DNA of 64,000 nt from Lama guanicoe. Taxonomy: Eukaryota. This document shows, one piece after another, positions 1-12,662 of this stretch (position 1 is the stretch's first letter; each line of letters starts with the position of its first letter). Location of the stretch: contig MU054117.1 in the NCBI GenBank assembly GCA_013239625.1, positions 682,001 to 746,000 of the forward strand, given 5' to 3'. The notes under the pieces were generated by a model. The model did no database searches and was not told the DNA's origin. It worked only from the letters and a program-made list of their open reading frames with translations. A program made the translations under genes and the position numbers.

Positions 1-3000
1 CATGTACGCCTCAGGTTTAAAAAAGGGAAAAGGGAAAAGCATCTACGACGCGTCAGTTTACCCCACAGAACAGGGCTGCCGTGCCTGTGAGACGCCCGGG
101 GAGGGCTTCCCGAAGAGCCGTGTGTGCGTGCGTCCGCCCTGGGCTCAGAGCCAGGAGTGAGGGCGGGCGCCAGCCAGCAGCCTGACCCCAGCCCGCCGGC
201 CACGGACGTGCCCGGGCCGAGGAGGTGCTGCCCCTGGACCAGCTGCGCTTCGGACAAACGGAAGCCGCAGTCGTGGCGCTGTGTGCGCTCAGCTCAGCCT
301 CCTGCTGCTGCTCGTCCAGCAGGACGACGTGGAGGTCCCCGCTGCTGGCCTGCCACCCGCGCTTTGTCCCTGCGGAGCTGGGCTAACAGAGCAGAGCTGG
401 TGCCAGTGGCCTGGCGTCAGGAGGGACCCAGCTCGCTGCACGGCCCATCCCTCACGTGCACCTGGGTGGGGGCCGTATGTTCTCCCTGAAGGGCCGGGTG
501 GGGATGGTGCTGGGATGCCAGGGCAAAGACACGGAGGGGCCCAGAGGAGGTGGCCCGGGTCCGGGGGGGTTGGAGGTGCCTGGGGCAGCCTCCGGCAGGG
601 TGACGGGAGGGACCGTTCAAACAAAGCGGCCGGTGTCCCTGCGCACCCTCAGACTCTCCTCCCTGACGCCAGTCAGTCCTGACGGCTTGGCCTCGTGTCG
701 GACGAAGCCCCGTGTCCCAGAATCTCTCTCCTTTCAGAAAGCTCAGCCGGGGGTGAGCTGCAGGGGTTAACGGCAGAGTCGCCGCCAGCAGAGGCTTTTG
801 TCCTAAATGACTCTAACTGAAACACACACTCACTCACCAAGAAAGCAAGCGCTTTGAGGAGAAGCGCGCACCAGCAGATCAAAGGAGTTAGCGTCTCCGA
901 CCTCCTAGAGAAACCAGGAGCACGGAGCCCCCTCCTCGCAGTGACGCCCGTGTGCGTCCCCGGACACAGAGGAGTCCTCCAGCGTCGCGGGTCTCAGCCC
1001 CCAAGCACAGCCGGCTCTGAGATGGCCCTCCCTCCCCCAAGTCATGCGGGGTCAAGTCCTCGGTCAGTTCTCCACGTCTCCGGCCCCCTCTCGCCCAAGT
1101 GTTCCCCACCCCGCCACCCCTCCACCTGCGGCAGGTGCGCACGGGGGCTTTCCCTGCCAGGTTCTTTGTTCCCTAAACTCTCCGGCTTCACCTTGGCCCC
1201 CTCCCCTCTGCCACGGGGTCCAGGTACCAACGCTGCTCAGGGACCTTTATCTGCATCCTGCTCCCTGCTCTGTCCGCCTCGGGCTCTCTGCCTTCTCCTG
1301 AGGGTGGAAAAGGCCCCGGCCTTGCGTGAACCGGAACATTCATCTTGTGAACTTTTGCTTCAAAGAGCTCAGGGCCGCCCTCTGTGCTCTGGGTACAGAG
1401 CAGAGCCCCGAGCCTGCTATAAATAAAAGATCTTCAAAGTGCCGGCGCCCACAGCTCTGGGGCGCTTTGCAAATGCTCCGTCCCACCGCCTCTCAGCTCC
1501 AGAGAGGTCATCACTAAATTTATATCTGTCACAACGGTGCTGCCTGAGGAGCAGGAAGGAGCCCGCCCAGCCTGGGGGAGCTGATCTGTTACAGTGCTGG
1601 ACCACCTCACAGCAGACGTCGTGCGGGGAGTCTGTGGCGGGGCCGAGGGCGGAAGTGGTGGGGGCCGAGGGTCAGGTGAGGTGGCCTGGGGAAGCAGGCA
1701 GTTCACTCGTGGGGGAGGCCAGCCTCTCTGGGGTGGGAGCCTGAGGACCAGGCCAGTCCGGTCCTGTCGGATTCAGCAGAGCCTGGAGGGACGCCGGGAG
1801 GCCGCACTGGCCGTTAGCTGGGCTGCGGACTCTAGAGTCAGGGTCCGGGGGCCTGCCAGCTTAGTCCCGGCTCCATTCTAGGCCCGGGCCCCACACTTCA
1901 CGTTTCCTACTCTAGAGTCAAACCCCGCCCAGATAACAAATCCAAGGGCCGGTCTTCCCAGTCTGCTCGGAGGCCCCGGTCACGCGGGAGACAGAACCCG
2001 CACGGGGACACGAGCCGGTCGTGCTGGCAGGCGGCCTGGCCTTGGCCTGGGCACTTGGCAGGCCTGTCCCTGAGCTTTGGGGTGACATGGCTGCTCAGAG
2101 CCCCCTAGTCGGCCGGTGGTTGTGTCGGGGAGCACGAGGTAGTCCCCACCTGTCTTCCTAATCCCCGAGAACAGGCAGCCTCCTGGCCCACAGCCGGCCT
2201 GCCGGCTCTGGGGTCTGAGCCATGGGAACCTTGTTAATAACGTCCCCAAGTGAGCTCGGAGCCTCCCTGGGGCCCTGAGAGGGTGGGGGTGGCAGGTGGG
2301 GGTGGCTCTGAGGCTCCCCCAGACTCTAGCAGGGACATGGGACGTTCAGAGTCTGCAGGGCTTGCAAAAGGCCAGGGCCTCGGGGTATGGGGCCCGGGTG
2401 CTCACGCTCACCAGGGGTCGGTCTGTGCAGAGTGGGGGGCCCCCACCTCAGGGTCTGGGGAGGGAGCCGCGGCAGAGGAGTGCTGGGGAAAGAGAAGGAC
2501 GGAAGGTTTAAGAGGGGACGCAGCAGGGCCGCGGGGACTCGGCGTGCTCGCAAACCAGCACTGTGAGAATGGGACTTCCGCTCCCCGCGGAGTGCGCGTC
2601 AGGGCGGCTGACCGAGGGCAAACCGGGCACCGAGACCAGACAACACGAGGGCCCATGAGCCTCAGAGCATGAGGAGGGGCCCGTCCACCACGGCTGCAAG
2701 GCCCGGGGCCACCTACCCACAGAGAACAAAGCCGTGGCCGCATGCGCCCCTGCGTTCTCGGGAGGCTCCCGGCCTTCCTGCCCTGCGACCCCCGCCCACA
2801 GCCCTGTGAGCGCTCAGCCAACAACCCGCACCGTCTGGTGCGGGGCTCCCAGTCTTTTTTTAAAAAATGAGACCCACAGGACGGGTGATCCTTATATACA
2901 GTGTGCTCCCCCTGTATGCTCAGATTTTGACAAAATGCCGGAAACTCTAAGTAGGCTCATTGTCCTCATACACCGCAGACTTCTGCCCGCCGGCTCCTGC

Positions 3001-5604
3001 CCATCACAGAGCACTGGGACCCAGCGTGAGGGCGTCATGACAACGACACTGCATTTCCTTGCATTTAGTTTTTTAAAAAGAAACCATTTGTCAATTCTGG
3101 TATTTTAGCTCCTGGCAATTACCCACCACGCAGTGTTCAGCGGGTCTGGGTGCGCGGAAGTGCCATGAGGCCACAGCTGAGACCGCTGATCTGGGCCGGT
3201 GTGCCCCGGCTCTTCCAGCCCAGGCCCGAGTGAGGGGAGGGCGGCCGGGCTGCAGGAGGCCCCGCGTCCAGTGTCCTCGGTCTCTGTCTGGCGTTGACGG
3301 AACCGCTCTTCAGGTGTCCCAGGCGTGCAGGAACTCATAAAACGAAAATTAGTTCTGAACCTCACTGGGTTCCTATTAGCTCTTTATCGCATGAGTTTTC
3401 TCAGGCAAGAGCCACCAGAAGTCCAGTCTTCACGTGGTGGGGCCTCCAGGACGGAGGAGAGAGAAGATGAACGAATCAAAGTTTCTACTTTAATGTGAAC
3501 GTTCGTGGTTTTAGACAAGACAGTGGGCCAAGGGCAGAGCAGAGATTAGGCCTGAGTTTCTCCAAGGGAGGCCATTGGGCCACCAGCTCGGACGGAGCTC
3601 CCTGGCAGTGTCCGGGGAAATCTCGAGGGTGGGGGTCCCCAACACACGCTGCAAGGGGTTCAGCGGGGTTCGAGAATCACAGTCGCTGGTCCAGGAAACA
3701 CGGCGAAACCAGCAGCAGCCGGACGTCGCACCGTTCTCCCCGAGCGGTTTTACGAGAGGGAGGGACAGACTCGTCTGACGGAAGGGCCAGGCGCAGACGG
3801 CCTGTCTCAGGGGACCACCGCGTCCGTTCCCAGCCTATTTTAGGCACTTTCTTGGTCACTGGAATGTACTGGAGACCAGGTTCGGAGGGGGCACGGATCC
3901 CCCCACAGCCAGGCTCTGTTCTTTTCCAAAAGCCCCCAGAGGGTTCGGACAGAGACTGGAAAACAGGAAGACGGCCTTTGCCAAAGTAACTTCCAATTAG
4001 ATAATGAAATTATTCTGTTTACAGGCTTTGTAGAGCTCTGGAAAGACCACTAACCCTCCTCGCGGAGGGGCTGTGGGAAGCTCTCCGACAAAGACAGATT
4101 TAAAAATGGTTTCTTGGCAGTAGTTTCGGGTCAGAAATAGACAAATTGCTGATGAAAAACAGAATGAGTGTTAAATCTCTTCAAGATGCGATGACAGTGT
4201 CCAGGAGCAAGAATTCTTTTCTATAAGAATTTAAGAAACAAAAACAAAGCTCCAAACACAGGGGCTTTTGAGGACGACTTAAGAGGCACTAGAAACTCTA
4301 AATTAAAAGTAGCTTTTGCAGGACTCCAGGAGGAGAGAGTGGGGCTGCTGAATTCTCTGATGACGAGAATCAGTAAAAATCCCGCGTCCTGTCTGGAGGT
4401 CCAGATGCCCACCCTGCCGTCCTGATCACGGTGAGGGGCAGGGAACCTCGCAAGTGCAGCGTTACCCCCGAGCAGTCTTTCGACCCCAGGCGAGCGACTG
4501 AACTCGCTAAGCCACAGTTCGCTCCTCTGCAAGTGGGAGTGGTGGTGGCAGCACCCCGTCCTCACCTCTCCCGCAGGTCACCGCAGGGCCAACGGAGCGG
4601 GCGAGGCGGCGCTGGGGTCACGCCCTGGCACGGAGCTCACGCTCCTCCTTCTCCGACTTTCATTGTGGGCGGAGGGTTTTCCGTGGGTCACGATGCCCAG
4701 GACACCCAGGAAGAGCTCTTCTTTGGGGGAGGAGTTGTCACCCCAGAGTGTCAAACGGGGGGTTTAAACCCTGCGTGTCCTGTGAGTCTGCCTGCTGACA
4801 TTAAGCCTTCCCCAGGGAGGCTCTCCGGTCCCCAGTTTCCCACTGCAGGTGCCCCCTGCCCATGTCGCCAGCTCATTTCATTCTCTCTTAGAGTTTCCTT
4901 TAATTGTCTCCCATGAAGGGACTCCATCTCCCCCGCCAGACCGTCCTCTTCTCCGGGGTTCAGGCTGCTCCATGCAGCCTGTTTTCCTGCCTCGAAGCCG
5001 GACACAGTGTGCACTCGGCAGACGAGCAAATACAGGCAGAGGGAGTGCGTGTCGACCGTGAGCGCCTCCCCGCCTCTTCCGTCTCCTGGTGATGACAGCA
5101 GTTACACTCAGTCACCGCAGACGCTCCGCGGCCCAGGGTCCCCTGTGCCTGGAGCTGAACTGGACTCTCCAAACGCCTTTTCTCGCCTGACCCTTGACCA
5201 CACCCTGGGAACAGGCGTGTGCAGGGCAGGGGGTGCTGGGGGAGCTGGGAGGAGGACAGGAACAGCCGGGGTCCCCTGCACCCCAAAGCCCCCAGTCAAG
5301 CTGACAGCACCCTGAGCAGGACGGTGAACTCCAGGGCCGGGCACGGACGACACCAGCCCACCCCCTTCCCCGCTCAGGGACCACCGAGGGGTCCAGTCCC
5401 CACTCTCAGACTCGGGCGAGGAGGCTGGTCCTCCGGGGCAGTTTGAACCCCTCCCCCTGGTGTTTCTGCCTTGTCCCCCCAAAATGACCACACGCCACAG
5501 GGAGAGACACACATTGTCCTGCGACTCAGACGCACGTCTCAAAGGCTTCTACTGCCTACGTTCAGGTGGGGCGCTCTGGTGCTTTCTGGTCTATGTCACT
5601 CTTT

Positions 5605-6228
5605 CGTTAGAAATGAGAACGTGGAGAAACTGGAAGGCTCCGGCATCACCAGAGGGGATGCAAAACGGTCCGGTCTCTTTGGAAAGCGGTGACGCTTCCT
5701 CGGAATCCTAACTCTACAAATCTCGAAAGACCTAGAAGCCTGCTCCGAGGCAGGTATCAGAGAGACGTGGAAACACACATCCCCACAGACCCTGAGCGCA
5801 GATGCCTCCTGGCGGCGTCGCTCACGGGAGCCGAAGGCAGAAGTCCACCCAGCGCCCACCAGCGGACGGACGAGTAAACAAGACACTGTCCAGACCCGTA
5901 TAACGCAACACGGCTCGGCCACAAAAAGGGATGTGGTGCTGATCCGCGCAGGACATGGGGGGAACGTGAAACCAGCACGCCAGGCGAGAGGAACAAGTCC
6001 CGAGACACGGCCGAGGGCGCGCCTCCGCTGATGGGACTGTCCAGGGCGGGCGGGTCTGAGGGGCCCGGGGGCCGCCTGGGGAGGGGGGTCTCCTGTGGGG
6101 ATGGAAATGTTCTAAAACTAGATTGCGGTGATGGCTGCAACCCGTGAATATGTGAAAAAAGTCACTGAATTGTGCTTTTTAAAACGGTGGGTTATAGAAT
6201 GTGTGAACTGCATCTCAACAAAGCTGCT
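5605..6228 (+). mobile_element. Old L1 (L1MB-like) ORF2 end and 3' UTR fragment, strongly GC-shifted
   Basis: gtggagaaactggaa... and ggggatggaaatgttctaaaactagattgcggtgatggctgcaac...gtcactgaattgtgc...tgtgaactgcatctcaacaaagctg resemble recalled L1M 3' ends; 5770-5870 aligns with the L1 at 63320-63405. Confidence 0.8.
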
Positions 6229-6758
6229 TAGGAATGATGAATGTGACACAGCACACCGACTTCACCGCCCAGAGCGGGGCGCAGCAGCCAGAGGTGCCGG
6301 TCCTGGAGGGTGTGTCTGCTCCCCACCCCTCCTGTCCTCGTCCTGAGGATCGCCGGGTGCCCAGGAGACTCGGGGAGACCATGGCCTGGGGGGGACGGGG
6401 GTGGGCGGAGGGCACCGTCGAGGAATCGTGCCTGCGTTTGTCATGGTTCTGTCTCTAGCAGCCGGGCGGCCGGAGAATGGAGTCACTGCTGAACTTCCAG
6501 GAGTGCCTGGAAGAGCTGACAGCCCCTTGCCCCGTCCCCTCCCTTCTCCGGCCCTGAACTCAAATGTGGGGGCTTGGCCTCCGGAAGCCACCTGTGACCT
6601 TGTGGGAGAGGGGCCTGGGAAGCAGAGGACAGAGGCGGCCACGCCTGGGCTTCCTTCACACCAGGAGCAAACCCCGAGGCCGCTCACGCGTGGGCCGCCT
6701 CAAGACACGCGGGAGCCCAGGACAGACCCCCACCCGCCCCGCCAAGTGGCCCACGTAC

Positions 6759-6984
6759 CTCGTGATCTTAAATATGCGCAGGAGGCGGACGCATCTCAGC
6801 ACGGAGATGCCCAGCGGGGACATGACCTTGGTCTCCACCAGGATGGTCTCCAGGATGCCGCCGCACACGATGAAGCAGTCGAAACGGTTGAAGAGCGACA
6901 CGAAGTAGGCCTGCAGCCCCAGGCTGTACATCTTGAGCAGCATCTCGGCCGTGAAGAGGGCCAGCAGGGCCTTGTTGGCCGTGT
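6759..6984 (-). CDS. CACNA1C: CACNA1C exon 13 (226 nt), IIS2 to IIS4: [76 protein letters not shown]
   Basis: Acceptor ccccacag|AC, donor GAG|gtacgt; S4 voltage-sensor RxxRxxRxxK pattern. Confidence 0.97.
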
Positions 6985-7886
6985 CTGTGGGGACCGCACA
7001 CGAGGGCAGGGGGCGCCATGAGGGTTGGGCTCGCCGCCACACGCTTCCCTCCAGTGGAGCCGGCGGGAGAGGGTGCACAGCAGCGTCCCCCGGCCCCCAC
7101 CTCGGCCCCTCCCCTGGCCCGCTCCTCACGGTGGCTCTGCCGGCCGGCTGGCTGGCGTGGCCCCCATTTTGCAGAGAAGAGAGGTTTGAGGGCTGAGCTG
7201 TCTGCCCAAACCGATCAGCCCAGAGTGGGAGGGAGCCAGGGCCCGAGTCTGCCCAGGTTCTGGGAGACACCTCCACATCCGGGCCATGGCCGCCTGACAC
7301 CCAGGGTCCGAGCCAAGGCTCTGGCCAGTGGGATCCCTTCTGGGGCCCAGGGAAGGGTGGTGGGACCGACCGCTGTCCAGGACTTCCTGGTGCCTTTTTT
7401 GTTTTTAAGATGGAATACAAAGTTTAGCCTTTTTACTGCATGAAACTAAAACTGGGAAAGGTAGGGGACTGAGGGGGCTTGGGAGATGCCCCTCCCCAGC
7501 TCCTGGGTAATGACACCTCGCTTCCTCCCGAGCACGTGTCGGCCCCGCCGCCCACTCCCTGCCCTCATGCTCGCCCCCTACCCCGGTCCAAGTTCGGCCA
7601 AGCACACCAGAGACTGTGCCCTGGCCGCAGGGACTGAACGTCCCACTGGGGCAGCTCGCAGCCATGGATCTCACAGGGCCAAACGCTGCAGCTTTGTCCG
7701 TGTCCCGGGACCCAGCAGTGACCGTCGGGGCAGGCAGAAGGTGTGGGCCCGGCCAGGGGACCCCGTCTGTCTACAGCGAGCGTGTGTTTTAGCAGCTCAA
7801 GAGCTGCCAGGCCCTCGGTGTCTCCGGCCCCGTGACCAGGGCTGGGCCAGGCCGAGCAGAGCGGGCCAGCTGGGGCTGCCCCTCAC

Positions 7887-8047
7887 CTTGGACCTCCGTG
7901 AGCCAGTGGGGCTGGTTGTAGTGCTCGGAGGCGATGGTGAGCGTGTTGAGGAACACCAGGAAGATGACCAGCCAGTAGAAGATGCTCGACTTCACGGCCG
8001 CACGGCATTTCCTCCTGCAGAACCGGTTCCATCGGCGCCAGTAGCGG
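7887..8047 (-). CDS. CACNA1C: CACNA1C exon 12 (161 nt), end of I-II loop and IIS1: [53 protein letters not shown]
   Basis: Acceptor cctctccag|C, donor AAG|gtgagg; phase 2 to 1. Confidence 0.97.
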
Positions 8048-11000
8048 CTGGAGAGGGGCAGGGAGGTGGTGTGAGATTCAGGCCCCCAGCCCGGAGCGCA
8101 CCGCACTGGCCGCCTCTCTCCCCTGAGCCTGCATCACAGGCTCCCCGCGCAGCCTGTGGTGGGCAGACGAGCCTTCACCAGGGTCGCCCGCTCACCGCTC
8201 GGCTGTGTGGACGTGGGGTGTCCCTGCTCCGCCGGGACCTTGGCCCTCTCGTCTGGGACCAGCCCCCAGCCTCGTCGGGGTCTGGCCTAGAGCTGAAGGG
8301 AGGCATCTGCATTTCACAAGAACAGTCTCCCTCGAGGGAGCGCTGCGCTTGTCAGGAGCGTCACAGTGTGGCCGCGGCGTCAGCACGAGGGACCGTGGCC
8401 ATGTGTGAAGGCACCTCTCAGGCCTTCTCCCTGACTCTCTAAAGAGCTCTGCAAAGCTGGGGTTGTCCTGACTTTCAGGCGGACACGGAGGGCCCTGGGG
8501 GTCGGGCACCTGGACAGGCCCCAGCCTGGGGCCGAGCCCAGGGGGGCTCCCAGCCCGGCCCGCACCCTCCTCCAGCTGCTCTGGGTTAGAGGCTTCCCTG
8601 GGTGATTGTCCAGCCTGGCCGTGCAGAGAATTTCCTGGGGAAACGTTAGAAAAATAACGAAACGCCCACCAGTACTCAGGCCCCGGCCCAAACCAGTTAA
8701 ATCTGACTGTCTGGGGGTCGGGCCACGCCGAAAACCCGGGAAATGCCCTCGGTGCTCAGTCACGTCCCCCCGTGGCTTTCCAGTGTCCCTGAGGGCGCCC
8801 AGCGTTAAGCTGGATGGTCCCAAGGAGCACCTGTACTCTACAACTCTGCGACGGAGGGGTCTGTGGCTTGTCCTCTGACCAACACGGTGCAAGGGGGGAA
8901 GGACGGGGGAAGGAGAGGGTGCCGGGGAGACGCCAGGGCCCCGCCGGGCACTCAGGAGGGGACCTGGTTCTAGAAAGCCAAACCACCAACAGAAACAGCC
9001 GCTTTGTCAGCGTCCAGGCGGGGACCGTACGGGGAACATTTGGTCAGCCGTCGGGGTGAAGGTGACGAAGGCACGGCTTTAGTGACAGAGAGAGGACACA
9101 TATTGACCCCGCCGATTTCGGAGGCAGAATCAGCAGGCCTTGAGCCCGACCGCGAGTGCAGAGTGAGGGAGGAAGGCGTGGCGGGGCCGCCAAGGGTCTC
9201 GGCTGGGAGGGGCCCCCTTGACAGACAGGGGCGCAGACCAGAAAGGGGGGCGGTGCTGGGGCCGAGAGGGCGCCCTGCGCAGGGTGGGGGGCTTGGCCTG
9301 GGAGATGCCCTGAGGTCCTCGTAGTTTGGGCCTGTAGGGACCCCCACTGGGCTGCCAGGGGCAGAACCACGGCGTGGGGACAGGAGGTGGGAGGGGAGAC
9401 GCCGGCACAGTCCTGCGTGCCTGCCTCCACGCGCGCACGCCGCTCCAGCTTCCGGGGCTGCAGACCCTGGCCTTGTGCGTCCTCCACCCGCCCTGACGGC
9501 CTTCAGGAGGGCTTGGCTTTATTCCCTCCCTACGGCCCGTGGGAAATCAAGCTGCCACAACCTTGCTGACGCCTGTCCTGAGATGAGGAGCTGAGGAGCA
9601 CATCCAGGTCCTCCCCAGAGCTGTGGGAGGGAAGAAGGGACCGGCGGGTCGACCTGACCCCCCGCCACTGGTGCAGCGGGCAGGCACCCCCAGAGAGCCC
9701 CGAACCCTGCAGGGGACCCTTGCTGCCACCTGGGGGAAATCCACTGCACGGGGAAGAAACGCCTGGGGGTCAGAAAATTACGGTTTCCAAACGCACCGTG
9801 GGGGCCCCGTCCTCCAGACACACCGCCGGGTGCGAGAGTGAGGACGGGGGTGGGGGAGCGGGACCAGGGCCGGGGGCCGTCCGTGTGGGCAGCCTCCGGA
9901 GGGGCTGGGCCTCGGGTCTGGGAACCTGCTCTCGCCAGGGCGACGGTGGTTAGTGATGACGTAGGGACATTTGGGAAGACTTTTTTCCCGCAGAAAAATG
10001 AATTTTCAGGACAAACTTACATCGGGTCTTAAATAGCTTACATTGTAGTTGCAGAGAATGTGTTTTCACCAGAGACCATCCATCTCCTTTACAGAAATCG
10101 CTGGTAACCGTGACTCAGCCCAAAGGGGCCAAGCCTGCCTTCTTCCGTGGTTTGGAGGCACTGACTCCAGCTCCGTTTGGGGCCCAGAGCCTGGTCCTGC
10201 TCTGCTTCCCCCGGGGGCACTGGGTGTGGGGCTCGGGGCTCAGGCCTGGCCGGGGGTCTGCAGGGCTGGGCCCCCGCAGGGCGGCTGTGGAAACCAGCCG
10301 CCCGGGGAGCCGCGTGCCCTGGGGTGGGTGTGGAGTAATTACTGCCCGGAGAAAGTATTCAGAGGTAACTACACACCTCCTGCCCTCACAACGCAGCCCC
10401 GCTTGAGCCGACTCCCCAGCAATGCTTCCTACCGCACGATGACTGTGACGGCTTCTCAGAACGTGTACGTTTACTTGTGTGTTTACGGGTGCACGGAGGA
10501 TACAGAAGTTCAATGATAAAGCAGGGAGGGAACTCTGCTTGATGTTCACGCTCCCTCCACACTCGCTGGGGACCCACTCACCCTGGAAACAGAGCTTCCC
10601 GGACGTGGCCCTGGGCGAGGAGGGAGGGCGGGACGTGTCTCCTGGGCTGCCTTGGGAGCGCCCCGCTCCCTCACCGCACGTGCACCTGGCCTCTTCCCCG
10701 CCCTGGGCCTGCTCCTGCCACCTGTCCACCGACACGACTGCCCCCGCCATCAGGACCTCCCCGCCCAGGTCCTTTAGGGCCTTGGGCTCAGCTGGAGGCC
10801 AGCTTCCCCCGGCTGCACTGTTCCAGCCGCCCCGGTCTCGGCACACTCACTGCCTGCATCACTGCCTTACCTACACGTTCAAGAAATATGTATTAAGGGT
10901 CTACCAGGGGCCAGGTACCACTGAGTCTGTCTGTGTGACACTCACAAGGGTGATACGGACACTGGAGGGCGTTCCGGGGGGTGCTTAGCGCCAGCAGGCT

Positions 11001-11999
11001 TAGTGGAGGTGCCTCAGGGCGCAGGGCAGGGCGCCCAGCCAGCACGGCTCCCCGAGGAAGGGACATCCCGCTCCCTGTGTCAGCATCCCTGTTCCAGGGC
11101 TCTTGCCTCTCCACTCAGCTCACAAGGTCCTGAGGGAGAGGGGCTGTGTCCCGCCCTTTGTGAGGGACCCGTCACCCGCAGCACTCAGGGGGGCACAGGG
11201 CGGGTGAGCTGGGAGGGCACCAGAGACAGGCCCTACACACACCCACTCACTCCCGGCTGCAGACGAGGCTCAGGAGCCCCAGCCGGCCAGCGGCCAGGGA
11301 TGGGGTCGGGAGAGGCGAGGGCGGTGCCTGAGAGAGCCTGCCTGGCCCCGGACCCCTGGCGCGCCGCTGGAACAGCGGACAGCACGGCAGGGCGGCCGCC
11401 GGGCTCCTCCGGCCGCTAGAGCAGCTGCCCGTCTCCCCTTTCACAAGGCTGAGAGTAAGCAACCGGAAAGCATTGCACTGACCTGCTTTATGCAAAAGTA
11501 GCTTAACAAATGGGGTGCTAGAGGCTGGGGCAACCTGGGTGTGTGCCCTACTGCGGGCAGGCCTCCCAGCTGCAGACCCCCGTGGGCTCACGCCAACTCC
11601 GTGGAGTCCAGGTCCGAAGCCCGACGCCTGTCTGACCAGTCCCTTCAAGCCGCGGAAGACGGCAGGACCGCTTGCTCGTGGCTGTTCAGAGCCTCTTCTG
11701 AGCCCCCGATGCCGCGAAATTCCTTGCTGTCTCTAATTCCTCGAGACGGAGGCTTGGCTGACCAGGGGGACAGCCGCACGCTACGCCCGCTGGTGGCCCA
11801 AGTTTCCCTGACACCTCTCTTCTAATACTTCTTCAAAAGCCCTGTGACTTTGCAGCGCCCCGTCTGGCCAGCGGAACGGGCCAGTTTGAAGCTCAGATTC
11901 TAGCATCTCAACTACTGTTTCAGCCTGTGTTTTCTCCAACTCCCACGTTAGATTATCTGTGGGAGTAAAACAGGTTCTTCACTGTCTGCGAGGTTACTG

Positions 12000-12130
12000 T
12001 TTCTTCTTTTTGGCAGGGGAGGTGATTAGGTTTAGGTATCTATTCATTCTCAGAGGTGGCGCTGGGGACTGAACCCAGGACCTCGTGCGCGCCAAGCGTG
12101 CGCTCTGCCCCTGAGCTACGCCCTCCCCCC
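12000..12130 (-). mobile_element. tRNA-derived SINE (camelid Vic-1-like)
   Basis: Minus strand ggggagggcgtagctcaggggcagagcgc...gaggtcctgggttcagtccccag...taaacctaatcacctcccc then A-rich tail; Pol III A and B boxes; homologous to the copies at 29628 and 50895. Confidence 0.88.
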
Positions 12131-12354
12131 TTACGAGGGGCTCCTGAGCTGCAAAATTCTCCCTCCCTTTCCCCGGTGTGAGTGGGCTCTCTCCTGTTCC
12201 ATCATCAGACAGGCAGAGGGGTGAGAGTGCCCAGGGTCGACCTTGATCGTCTTGATGGCATTCCCAATCCATCCCGTCTTTGATTCTCCCTAAACAGACA
12301 CCGTCAGTGACCCACGGGGTGTGGACAAGGTGGCTGCCATCTGACCCTCTACCG

Positions 12355-12662
12355 GCACACTGTCCAGCGCGGGAGCCACCGGCCACACGGGGCTACGGAG
12401 CACCGGGATGCGGCTGGTCCAAGCTGAGACGTGCAGTCAGTGCAAAAAGCACGCTGCCTTGCAAAGACTCGGTCAAAACATGAGCGTAGACCACCCCGTT
12501 CATTTTCTAAATATTAACCATATACGTTAGAACGTTCAGACCCGTTGGGTTAAACAAGCTGTATTAAGATTAATTTCACCTGTTCCTTGGTACGTTTTGA
12601 ACGTGGCTGCTAGAAAGTTTTAAGAAGAGTGCATGTGGCCAGTTTTGTTTCTACTCCACACC
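12355..12662. mobile_element. MER33-like hAT-Charlie DNA transposon relic
   Basis: ctgtccagcgcgggagccaccggccacacggggcta...ttgggttaaa...attaatttcacctgtt...gtggctgctagaaa follows the recalled MER33 consensus. Confidence 0.72.

Noticed and set aside
281-682. ORF containing LSLLLLLV, reminiscent of exon 14 (SLLLLLFLF)
   Set aside because: Wrong strand and no further similarity; exon 14 must lie beyond the left edge of the window
7486-8442. 318-aa ORF antisense to exon 12
   Set aside because: Shadow frame of a high-GC3 exon plus GC-rich flanks; no independent coding evidence
9721-9737. CTCF-like motifs (also at about 27069, 39773 and 48605)
   Set aside because: Imperfect matches are expected by chance in very GC-rich DNA and cannot be supported without ChIP or conservation data
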